From: Lachnospiraceae bacterium
GTDB taxonomy: Bacteria > Bacillota > Clostridia > Lachnospirales > Lachnospiraceae
Length of the DNA: 64,000 nucleotides
Direction: 5' to 3'
Assembly: GCA_017621075.1 (NCBI GenBank)
Contig: JAGATV010000032.1
Coordinates: 11,382 to 75,381, forward strand
Part shown: positions 1 through 8,204 of the stretch, one piece after another
How positions within the stretch are numbered: position 1 is the stretch's first letter
Layout: each line of letters opens with the position of its first letter
Notes under the pieces: generated by a model
The model's database searches: none
Seen by the model: only the letters and a program-made list of their open reading frames with translations
Told to the model about the DNA's origin: nothing
Program-made: the position numbers and the translations under genes

Positions 1-627
1 GAGGGACATAAACATTTTCGGAAGGACATCTTAAAGAGCATTTTAAGTCTTTCCCTGCTCACATCCCTCCAGCAATCCATTATGAATTTTGGCATTCTGA
101 TGGTGCAGGGGTTGGTGAACAGCTTTGGAACAGCAGTGATGGCGGCCTTTTCTACCTTTGTGGCGCAGAATCACGGTGCGGGGCAAAAGGAGCGGATCAA
201 AGAAGGCGGCAGGAAGGCTGTTTTTGCCGTACTGGTATTCTGTATGGCTGTCAGTTTGGTGGTAGTGGTGTTTGCGGGAAAGCTGATGGCAGTTTTTACG
301 GACGATCCGGAGATCATAAAAATCGGCATTTCGTATCTGCGCATGGAAGGGGTTTTTTATTGTCTCATTGGGTTCCTTTTCCTGTTTTATGGCTATTTTA
401 GGGCGGTGGAACAGCCGGTCGTCTCAGTGGTGCTCACAATCACCTCCCTTGGCACCCGGGTACTGCTGTCCTATCTTCTTTCCGCCATTTCTCCCATCGG
501 CTACAGGGGTATATGGGCCAGCATTCCTATCGGATGGGCATTTGCTGATCTTTGGGGACTGTATTTTTTGAAAGGGGTAAGAAAGACAGACGGCACGAAA
601 CACTCTTTTGGGCATAAGATAGACTAA
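1..627 (+). CDS. MATE family efflux transporter, C-terminal half (5'-truncated by window), with apparent in-frame ~21-aa deletion
   Basis: Frame open from base 1 (..LQQSIMNFGILMVQGLVNSFG..); QNHGAG, GYFRAV and GIWASIPIGW MATE motifs. Confidence 0.85.
   Translation, partial: EGHKHFRKDILKSILSLSLLTSLQQSIMNFGILMVQGLVNSFGTAVMAAFSTFVAQNHGAGQKERIKEGGRKAVFAVLVFCMAVSLVVVVFAGKLMAVFTDDPEIIKIGISYLRMEGVFYCLIGFLFLFYGYFRAVEQPVVSVVLTITSLGTRVLLSYLLSAISPIGYRGIWASIPIGWAFADLWGLYFLKGVRKTDGTKHSFGHKID
594..620 (+). promoter_or_regulatory. Putative sigma-K promoter for cupin gene
   Basis: CACG-N15-CATAAGAT, 33 nt upstream of ATG 654; same layout as the element at 17075. Confidence 0.5.
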
Positions 628-653
628 AAGGCAAAAGAGATTGCAGAGCGTTT

Positions 654-1070
654 ATGAAAGAAATGGATTATGGACCCAATCCCTTTGTGGCAAATATGCA
701 TTGTATGGCCATGGAAAACAAAAATTTTCGCACAGCCGTATGGACAGGGGATTGTATGCAGCTCACTCTTATGTGCATTCCGGTATGCGGAGAGATCGGT
801 GTGGAGATACACAAGGATACAGATCAGATGATCCGGGTGGAACAGGGGCAGGCACTTGTAAAGGTGGGGAGGACCCATTGCAGCCTGGATCATCAGCAGA
901 AATTGTGTGAAGGAGATGCGGTACTGGTCCCTGCCGGAACCTGGCATAATGTGATCAATACGGGGCAAGAAGTCTTAAAGGTATCTTCCGTCTATGCACC
1001 GCCCCATCATCCCCATGGGACAGTGCATCGGACGAAGGAGGAAGCTGAGAGAAAAGAAGCAGGTAGCTGA
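654..1070 (+). CDS. Cupin domain protein (YrkC-like)
   Basis: DYGPNPFV..FRTAVWTG..EIHxxxDQxxRVEQG..PAGTWHNVINTG cupin motifs. Confidence 0.85.
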   Translation: MKEMDYGPNPFVANMHCMAMENKNFRTAVWTGDCMQLTLMCIPVCGEIGVEIHKDTDQMIRVEQGQALVKVGRTHCSLDHQQKLCEGDAVLVPAGTWHNVINTGQEVLKVSSVYAPPHHPHGTVHRTKEEAERKEAGS

Positions 1071-1088
1071 CAGAGGCAGCAGTTACAG

Positions 1089-1117
1089 GAATATTTCCGG
1101 TAAAATGACACAAACTA
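1089..1117 (+). promoter_or_regulatory. Putative forespore sigma-G/F promoter
   Basis: GAATA-N17-CAAACTA upstream of YhfW-like gene. Confidence 0.55.
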
Positions 1118-1145
1118 AGAGCAAAAAGAATCGAGGTCGTTTTAC

Positions 1146-2450
1146 ATGGAAGCACCCGGAAAGGAACGTATAAGGGACAATCGAGAGGTCATTGTCATAG
1201 GCGCCGGAATGGCAGGACTTTTGACAGCCTTTTTTCTGAAAGAACAAGGGATAGATGTACTGGTTTTGGAGGCGAAGGAGATCGGCTCAGGGCAGACGGG
1301 GCGCACCACCGCCAAGATCACCAGCCAGCATGGGTTAAAGTACAGCAGCCTGATCAAGTCCATAGGGGTAGAGCGGGCGAGAATGTACGCCCAGGCAAAT
1401 GAGCAGGCCATCCGTGAATATGAAAGGCTGATCCGGGATCATGGTATAGAGTGTGAGTTTAAAAGGGTTTTAGCCTATCTGTATACCACGCAGGATGAAG
1501 AACTGCTGAAAATGGAGGAAGATGCCGCCACTCTTTTTGGGATCGATGCTTTTTTTACAACGGAGACGGAGCTGCCTTTTTCGGTGAAAGGCGCCCTGTG
1601 CTTCCGAAACCAGGCACGATTTGATCCACATTTATTTATGAGCCATATCTCCAGGGAATTGGAAGTGTGGGAGCATACCCGGGTGAGTGCTGTCCGTGGA
1701 AATCAGGTCATCCTGGAAGATAGGGTACTGACGGCAGAGAAGATCATAGCAGCCACCCATTATCCTTTTCGGAATGTACCGGGATTTTATTTTTTGCGGG
1801 AACATCAGGAGAGAAGTTATGTGTTGGAGCTGGCAGGCTGCGATAAGATAGAGGGAATGTACTATGGAATCGACAAGGATGGCCTTTCTTTCCGGCAGGC
1901 AGGGGATTTCCTGCTGTTGGGGGGAGGTTCCCATAGGACAGGACAGGAACCGGGGGAGGCATACAGACGGCTTACGGAGGCTGCAAAACGATATTTTCCG
2001 GACTGTCGGATTCAGTCCCGCTGGTCCGCTCAGGACTGCATGCCCCATGACGGGGTCCCCTTTATCGGGAGATATTCCGTCTTTACACCGGACCTCTATG
2101 TGATCACCGGATTTCAGAAATGGGGGATGACTTCTTCTATGATCGCAGCCATGATCTTACGGGATGAGCTGTGCGGCAGGCAGAATCCTTATGCAAAGCT
2201 GTTTTCTCCCCAGAGAGTCTACGGGAAGGCATCGATAGGCAATCTGCTCCTTGATGTAGGCATGAGCATTAAGGGGCTGTACAGAGGACTTTTCCGAAAG
2301 ACTCCGGGCAGGTGTTCTCATATGGGTTGCGGCCTTGAGTGGAATCCTGAGGAAGAGAGCTGGGACTGCCCCTGCCATGGTTCCAGGTTCAGTGTCCAGG
2401 GGAAGCTGTTAGACAATCCGGCGAAAAAAGATGCCGAAATAAAAAAGTGA
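1146..2450 (+). CDS. FAD-dependent oxidoreductase with C-terminal Rieske [2Fe-2S] (YhfW-like)
   Basis: GAGMAG FAD motif; CSHMGC...CPCHGS Rieske motif. Confidence 0.9.
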   Translation: MEAPGKERIRDNREVIVIGAGMAGLLTAFFLKEQGIDVLVLEAKEIGSGQTGRTTAKITSQHGLKYSSLIKSIGVERARMYAQANEQAIREYERLIRDHGIECEFKRVLAYLYTTQDEELLKMEEDAATLFGIDAFFTTETELPFSVKGALCFRNQARFDPHLFMSHISRELEVWEHTRVSAVRGNQVILEDRVLTAEKIIAATHYPFRNVPGFYFLREHQERSYVLELAGCDKIEGMYYGIDKDGLSFRQAGDFLLLGGGSHRTGQEPGEAYRRLTEAAKRYFPDCRIQSRWSAQDCMPHDGVPFIGRYSVFTPDLYVITGFQKWGMTSSMIAAMILRDELCGRQNPYAKLFSPQRVYGKASIGNLLLDVGMSIKGLYRGLFRKTPGRCSHMGCGLEWNPEEESWDCPCHGSRFSVQGKLLDNPAKKDAEIKK

Positions 2451-2472
2451 TGATAAAGAAGCCATAAAAGGG

Positions 2473-2511
2473 AGCAGCGCTGTGGGACAGGGATCTCACA
2501 GCGCTGTTTTT
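2473..2511 (+). terminator. Intrinsic terminator
   Basis: cagcgctgtggga/tctcacagcgctg stem followed by T run. Confidence 0.75.
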
Positions 2512-2530
2512 ATGTATGTTGACCGGGTAC

Positions 2531-2573
2531 TTGACAGGACAACTATATTGTGTATATTATATATATACAATAT
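2531..2573 (+). promoter_or_regulatory. Sigma-A promoter with overlapping YtrA-type operator
   Basis: TTGACA at 2531; inverted repeat ATATTGTGTATAT-tat-ATATATACAATAT (2545-2573) covering the -10 region. Confidence 0.7.
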
Positions 2574-2589
2574 TTGGCGGGAGATCATT

Positions 2590-2982
2590 ATGGATATTAT
2601 TATTTCAAATCATTCGGACAGTCCCATTTATGAGCAGATCAAAGAGCAGTTAAAGGTCATGATCGTAAGGGGAGAACTGAAAGAAGGGGATGCCCTTCCC
2701 TCCATGCGTCTGCTGGCAAAGGAGCTGCGTATCAGCATCATTACCACCAAGCGGGCGTATGAGGAATTAGAGAGGGAAGGCTATATTGAATCCTACACCG
2801 GACGGGGAAGCTTTGTAAGTGCCGTCAATCGTGAAAGGGTGCGGGAGGAGGCGGTATTTGAGATCGAGCAGCTTTTGGAAGAGGCGCTGGATAAGGCGAA
2901 GATCGCAGGGATTTCCCTTTCGGAATTGGAAGAATGCATGAAACTTTTATATGAGGACAAGGAGAAGCAGGGCAATGAGTAA
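2590..2982 (+). CDS. GntR family (YtrA subfamily) transcriptional regulator
   Basis: PIYEQI..LPSMRLLAKEL.ISIITTKRAYEELE..GRGSFV; ATG 2590 after GGGAG. Confidence 0.92.
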   Translation: MDIIISNHSDSPIYEQIKEQLKVMIVRGELKEGDALPSMRLLAKELRISIITTKRAYEELEREGYIESYTGRGSFVSAVNRERVREEAVFEIEQLLEEALDKAKIAGISLSELEECMKLLYEDKEKQGNE

Positions 2983-3859
2983 TGTATTGGAGTTAAAGGA
3001 AGTAACCAAGAATTATGGCGACTTTAAGCTTGATCAAGTGAGTTTTGTGGTCCCGGAGGGCTGTATCTGTGGTTTTATCGGGCAGAACGGCGCCGGCAAG
3101 ACAACTACCATCCAACTGATCTTAGACAGTATCCGGCGTGACGGCGGTGACATTACGGTGTTTGGCAGAGATATCCGCAAAGAGGGTCCTGCCTTGAAAG
3201 AGGACATTGGTGTGGTATTTGACGAGATGGGCTTTCACGATTTCATGACACCCAATGACATCAACCGCATGATGAAATATGTGTATGATAATTGGGATGA
3301 AGAAGCGTTCTGGGGATATTTGAAGCGATTTTCCCTGCCCAGGAAGAAAAAGTGCGGAGCTTTCTCCCGGGGAATGCAGATGAAATTACAGATTGCGGCA
3401 GCTATGTCGCATCACGCCAAACTTCTTCTCATGGATGAGCCTACCAGCGGACTGGACCCTATTGTCCGAAATGAGATCTTGCAGATCTTTCAGGAATTTG
3501 TCATGGAGGAGGATCATACGGTATTTTTGTCCTCGCATATTACAGGAGATATTGAGCGGATCGCAGATATGGTTGTGTTTATCGACCACGGACAGATTGT
3601 TTTGCAGGGTAATAAGGATGAGATCCTGGAGCGACATGGGCTGTTAAAGTGCAAAAAGGCAGAATTTGAGCGGATGGAAGCGAAAGATGTGGTTTCCTCC
3701 AGGCAGTCTGCCTTTGGTGTGGAGGTGCTGGTAAAAGATCGGGAGGAGTGCAGACAGAAGTATCCGGATATGACCGTGGAACAGACCTCTTTGGAAGAGA
3801 TCATGATTTTTTATGTAAATGACAGGTTTGTCATGAATGGTGCAAAACAGGGGGAGTAA
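2975..3859 (+). CDS. ABC transporter ATP-binding protein (YtrB-like)
   Basis: GQNGAGKT, FSRGM signature, LMDEPT. Confidence 0.92.
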   Translation: MSNVLELKEVTKNYGDFKLDQVSFVVPEGCICGFIGQNGAGKTTTIQLILDSIRRDGGDITVFGRDIRKEGPALKEDIGVVFDEMGFHDFMTPNDINRMMKYVYDNWDEEAFWGYLKRFSLPRKKKCGAFSRGMQMKLQIAAAMSHHAKLLLMDEPTSGLDPIVRNEILQIFQEFVMEEDHTVFLSSHITGDIERIADMVVFIDHGQIVLQGNKDEILERHGLLKCKKAEFERMEAKDVVSSRQSAFGVEVLVKDREECRQKYPDMTVEQTSLEEIMIFYVNDRFVMNGAKQGE

Positions 3860-3860
3860 C

Positions 3861-4625
3861 ATGAGAGGGTTGATATACAAGGACTTTTTGTGTCTTAGAA
3901 AAGGGTTGAAAACCTTTGGTTTTGTAACGCTGGGAGTGATCGTTCTGGCGGTGATGTTCTTGCTTAGCAGCCAATACGGCAATCTGGCGGGCAGTCTGCA
4001 GGAAATCCGGGCGGATGCCTCCGTGGGAGCAGATATGATGATGGGTATGCTTGAGACTTCTGTATGGTTTATGCTGTTCATACCCATTGCCTTTATGGCA
4101 GACGTGGCCCAGTGTTTTAGGGAAGATGCCCGGGTAGGGTTCGGGAAGCCTTTGGCCGGCATGGCTTTGAGCCACCTAAAGATTGTGGGTAGCAGGTATC
4201 TGACGACACTGATATACGGTACAGTGAGTATGGGGGCATCTTTGGCAGCGGCATTTTCCATTTCTTCTGTGTCGGTGGAGTTGACGATGCAGAGTCTGGC
4301 GGCAGGTGTTTTAAATTTTGGTGCGATCTTTTTGATCTACATGAGCCTTAATCTGTTTCTGATCTATCTTTGCGGCGCACGAAAGGCAGATCTGATCCAG
4401 ATGATCCCTCTGGTGGTATTGTTGATCGTTGTAGGCAGTTTTGTGATGAAAAATGCAGATATGACGGATGAGGAAATGAGTCGGCTGCTACTGGAGTGGA
4501 AAGATCGGATAACATTGTTTTTGCAGGGTGGCTACAAGATGCTGTTCCCTGTGGCGGCAGTGACATATACTTTGTCCTATTTGGGAAGTGTGGCAGTATT
4601 AAAGCATCGAAGGAGGGTGTTGTAA
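3861..4625 (+). CDS. ABC-2 type permease
   Basis: MRGLIYKDF start, ~6 TM segments, follows ATPase. Confidence 0.8.
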   Translation: MRGLIYKDFLCLRKGLKTFGFVTLGVIVLAVMFLLSSQYGNLAGSLQEIRADASVGADMMMGMLETSVWFMLFIPIAFMADVAQCFREDARVGFGKPLAGMALSHLKIVGSRYLTTLIYGTVSMGASLAAAFSISSVSVELTMQSLAAGVLNFGAIFLIYMSLNLFLIYLCGARKADLIQMIPLVVLLIVVGSFVMKNADMTDEEMSRLLLEWKDRITLFLQGGYKMLFPVAAVTYTLSYLGSVAVLKHRRRVL

Positions 4626-5368
4626 TGGCAGGTCTGTTATATAAGGATTTTGTAGCCATCCACGGCAAGATATATGTTGCAGTGCTATTGTCGGCAACCC
4701 TTTTTCTGGCGTTGTTCTCCATCGCGCCCCTCCCGGGGGATCTGAGCTATGACACGGCTATTGTGGTGGGCGCCCTGGTGGCAGTCATGTCCATGGTGCT
4801 GCCTATGGTAGTGACCTTCTCCATAGAGAACAATATCATCGCATCGGATGCAGGGGCCAAAAAGAAAGCGTTTTTATGGAGTCTTCCCGTGAGCAGGAAA
4901 CAGTATGTGGCATCCAAGTACCTGTTTGTGCTGATATGCTATTATGTCATTCTGTCTGTGACCATTATCTGGGCAGAATTTGTCAACAGCCCCGTGGAAG
5001 AAGCATTGGGGGACAGTTTCCTGATGGATGTGATGGGGATGATGCCGTTATGGGTGCAGGCATGTCTGCTGGTTTCTGCCATTGAGCTGCCTTTCTTTGT
5101 AGTGTTGGGCCAAAAGATCGGAAATGCGATCAAGACCGGCATCTTGTTTGTACTGTTCTTTGCGGTGTTTGGATATATGCTGTTTGGGGATATCACCTTT
5201 CTGGAGCAGTTTGATTTGAACATGTTGATCACATGGATGAAGGAACATACAGAGATTTGTATGGCTTGGCAGGTGTCGTGTCCTATTGTGTCAGGTGTGG
5301 CGTATTATCTGTCTTATCGCATTGCGGTGACGTTTTTTGCAAGAAAGGAGCCGGGTGATGAAGAGTAA
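4625..5368 (+). CDS. ABC-2 type permease
   Basis: MAGLLYKDF start, SLPVSRKQYVASKY motif; TAATG coupling. Confidence 0.82.
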   Translation: MAGLLYKDFVAIHGKIYVAVLLSATLFLALFSIAPLPGDLSYDTAIVVGALVAVMSMVLPMVVTFSIENNIIASDAGAKKKAFLWSLPVSRKQYVASKYLFVLICYYVILSVTIIWAEFVNSPVEEALGDSFLMDVMGMMPLWVQACLLVSAIELPFFVVLGQKIGNAIKTGILFVLFFAVFGYMLFGDITFLEQFDLNMLITWMKEHTEICMAWQVSCPIVSGVAYYLSYRIAVTFFARKEPGDEE

Positions 5369-6254
5369 AACAACAGATCAACTTGTGAAAAAGAGGCTTT
5401 TGATCTACCTGGCTTTCAGTTTCCTGCTGGTGTGGATTCCCACCATTGTCTTTCAGGCAAGGGGAGGCGGGTATGAATCTTCTGCCATGCAGAGCATCCT
5501 GGCATACAGTATGCTGTGTCCTTCCATTGGAATGCTATTTACAAGGTGGATGACCGGGGAAGGCTTCTCCATGAAGGGAGAGGATTCCCTGAAGCTGGGC
5601 ATAGACTTTTCCTGCAAAAAATGGATTTGGTATGTGGCGGCGATGCTGATACCGGTTGTCTATTACGAGCTGGGGATGCTTCTGTTTTATTTGATCCTTC
5701 CTAAGAGTTTTGATCCCTCCATGCCCGGGGAGCTGGGAATCCCGGCAAACACTGTGTGGATGTATCCCATTGCGGTGATCACCCAGACATGTATGTTTTC
5801 CGTGGGCGCACTGGGGGAGGAAGCCGGTTGGAGAGGGTATATGATGCCGAAGCTGGAAGAATTGTTTGGAATAAAACGGGCCATCCTGATAGGCGGCGTG
5901 ATCTGGGGGGTATGGCATTTCCCGGCAATCTATGCGGGACATAATTTTGGAACAGATTATTTTGGAGCACCCTGGACCGGGTTTTTGGAATTTACGCTGT
6001 CCACCATATTCATGGGTGCAATCCTGACCTACCTCACAAAGAAATCCGGTTCGGTCTGGCCGGCGGCCTTTCTTCATGCGGTGAACAACGGAATGCCAAG
6101 CATCCTGGCGCTGTACTGCCGAGAGGAACGCCTGACGGGGATTTGGGCACAAAGCCCGGTAAACATTCTGATCCGGGAGATTCCCCTGTTCCTTATGGGA
6201 GGAATGGCGATAGCGGCGCTGTGCCGAAAGCCTGCAGAGCTTCCTAAAAATTAA
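5358..6254 (+). CDS. CPBP/CAAX (Abi) intramembrane glutamic protease
   Basis: GEEAGWRG, WGVWH, LHAVNN motifs. Confidence 0.9.
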   Translation: MKSKTTDQLVKKRLLIYLAFSFLLVWIPTIVFQARGGGYESSAMQSILAYSMLCPSIGMLFTRWMTGEGFSMKGEDSLKLGIDFSCKKWIWYVAAMLIPVVYYELGMLLFYLILPKSFDPSMPGELGIPANTVWMYPIAVITQTCMFSVGALGEEAGWRGYMMPKLEELFGIKRAILIGGVIWGVWHFPAIYAGHNFGTDYFGAPWTGFLEFTLSTIFMGAILTYLTKKSGSVWPAAFLHAVNNGMPSILALYCREERLTGIWAQSPVNILIREIPLFLMGGMAIAALCRKPAELPKN

Positions 6255-6323
6255 TATTAGCGAAAATGCTCTCTTGTGATATGGATGAAATACCGGTTTT
6301 GTATATTTCATAGATATATGTAT

Positions 6324-6352
6324 TTGACTATAAAATAGGGTTATGTTAAAAT
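6324..6352 (+). promoter_or_regulatory. Sigma-A promoter
   Basis: TTGACT-N17-TAAAAT with extended TG. Confidence 0.7.
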
Positions 6353-6360
6353 CAGTATAA

Positions 6361-6417
6361 ATTAAAGTTGACAGTTAGAGACAATGGAGTCTGGATAAAA
6401 GTCCGGGCTCCATTTTT
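6361..6417 (+). promoter_or_regulatory. ANTAR-type attenuator leader with intrinsic terminator
   Basis: Hairpin AGAC-AAUGGA-GUCU (6379-6392; hexaloop A1/G4) overlaps left arm of terminator 6384-6413 + U tract; weak upstream hairpin UU-AAAGUU-GA. Confidence 0.65.
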
Positions 6418-6440
6418 GTATAGAAAAGGAGATAATAACA

Positions 6441-6488
6441 ATGAAAAGTTATATTGATCATTATTGGGAAGATGCGGATCTGTTGTGA
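6441..6488 (+). CDS. 15-aa small ORF MKSYIDHYWEDADLL (leader peptide or gene remnant)
   Basis: Strong AAAGGAG RBS; ATG..TGA between attenuator and ALS gene. Confidence 0.4.
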   Translation: MKSYIDHYWEDADLL

Positions 6489-6527
6489 AAAGGCAGTCAG
6501 GAAATTTGTTTAGTTGAGGATAAGATT

Positions 6528-8198
6528 ATGAGTACGCAAGAAATTACAGTAGCACAAATGCTTGTAAAGTGTCTGGAGGCAGAGGGTGTCAAATACATTT
6601 TCGGCATTCCGGGAGAAGAGAACCTGGAAGTGATGGAGGCGATCAAGGACTCAGAAATCCAGTTTATTACAGTGCGCCATGAGCAGGGAGCAGCTTTTAT
6701 GGCGGATGTATATGGCAGATTGACAAGACATGCGGGAATCTGTCTGTCGACTCTGGGACCCGGCGCCACCAATCTGATCACAGGTGTGGCAGACGCCAAC
6801 AGTGACGGTGCGCCGTTAGTGGCGATCACAGGACAGGTCGGAACAGAGAGAATGCACATCACATCCCATCAGTTCCTGGATCTGGTGGAATTGTTCAAAC
6901 CTATCACAAAGAGAAGCAAGCAGATCGTGCGTCCTGATACCGTAAATGAGATTGTGAGGATTGCCTTTAAATATGCGGAAAGTGAAAAGCCGGGGGCCTG
7001 TCATATTGACCTTCCCTGCAATATCGCAGCCATGACCATTCCGGAAGGTCCGTCCACAATGCCTTTGAGAAAGGGACATCAGAGCCACGAGGTGGCATCT
7101 TTGGATGTGATCGAGATGGCAGCGGGGATGATCTATCAGGCGAAAAATCCTGTCATTCTGGCCGGGCATTCTGCAGTCCGCAATATGGCAAGCGAAGCGG
7201 TGACTAAATTTGCAACAAATTTAAAGATCCCGGTGGTCCATACCATGATGGCGAAAGGAATCATACCTTATGACAATCCTTACTGTATGTGGAGTATCGG
7301 CATTCCTCACAAGGATTATCAGAACAAGGTTTTAGAGGATGCAGATCTGATCATTGCCATTGGCTACGATATCGTAGAATTTGCACCGGGGAAATGGAAC
7401 CGGAACGGAGATCATAAGATTCTTCACATTGATACCAGCGCGGCTCACATCAATAAGCTGTATCAGCCTCAGTTGGAAGTGATAGGGGATATTTTTGATT
7501 CTTTGAATCAGATCTCTCTGCGCTGTACCAGAGCCATAGAACCCACAAAAGCGTTAGAGGTTCGCAAACAGATGGAAGCACAGCACGGGAAATATGATGA
7601 TGACATGAGTTTCCCTGTCAAGCCGCAAAGGGTCATTGCAGATATCCGAAGGGCTTTGGGGAAATCTGATATTTTGATCTCGGATGTGGGAGCCCACAAA
7701 ATGTGGATTGCCAGACAGTATCATTGCTATGAGCCCAATACCTGTATCATTTCCAATGGATTTGCAACCATGGGGATCGCTGTGCCCGGTGCCATCGCGG
7801 CAAAACTGATCTATCCCAAGAAGCGTGTCCTGGCAGTGACCGGTGATGGCGGATTTATGATGAATTCTCAGGAGCTGGAGACGGCCAAGAGACTTGGCAC
7901 AAACATTGTGGTATTGATATTTAATGATTCCAGTTATGGTCTGATCAAATGGAAACAAGATGACAAATACGGCGATCATTGTTATGTAGATTTTGACAAT
8001 CCCGATTTTGTAAAATATGCAGAGAGTTTTGGTATCAAAGGCTACCGTATTGAGAGGACAGAAGATCTGCTTCCTACATTGAATAAGGCCTTTGAGGAAG
8101 AAGAGCTGGCAGTGATCGATTGCCCTGTGGACTATCTGGAAAATACCAAGCTGACAGAGGAATTGGAAAAAATTTATGCCGAGCTTCAGAATGGATGA
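6528..8198 (+). CDS. Acetolactate synthase large subunit-like ThDP enzyme
   Basis: FGIPGEEN, RHEQGAAFMA, GPGATN, GDGGF..FND ThDP motif; no small subunit nearby. Confidence 0.88.
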   Translation: MSTQEITVAQMLVKCLEAEGVKYIFGIPGEENLEVMEAIKDSEIQFITVRHEQGAAFMADVYGRLTRHAGICLSTLGPGATNLITGVADANSDGAPLVAITGQVGTERMHITSHQFLDLVELFKPITKRSKQIVRPDTVNEIVRIAFKYAESEKPGACHIDLPCNIAAMTIPEGPSTMPLRKGHQSHEVASLDVIEMAAGMIYQAKNPVILAGHSAVRNMASEAVTKFATNLKIPVVHTMMAKGIIPYDNPYCMWSIGIPHKDYQNKVLEDADLIIAIGYDIVEFAPGKWNRNGDHKILHIDTSAAHINKLYQPQLEVIGDIFDSLNQISLRCTRAIEPTKALEVRKQMEAQHGKYDDDMSFPVKPQRVIADIRRALGKSDILISDVGAHKMWIARQYHCYEPNTCIISNGFATMGIAVPGAIAAKLIYPKKRVLAVTGDGGFMMNSQELETAKRLGTNIVVLIFNDSSYGLIKWKQDDKYGDHCYVDFDNPDFVKYAESFGIKGYRIERTEDLLPTLNKAFEEEELAVIDCPVDYLENTKLTEELEKIYAELQNG

Positions 8199-8204
8199 CG
8201 GGCG

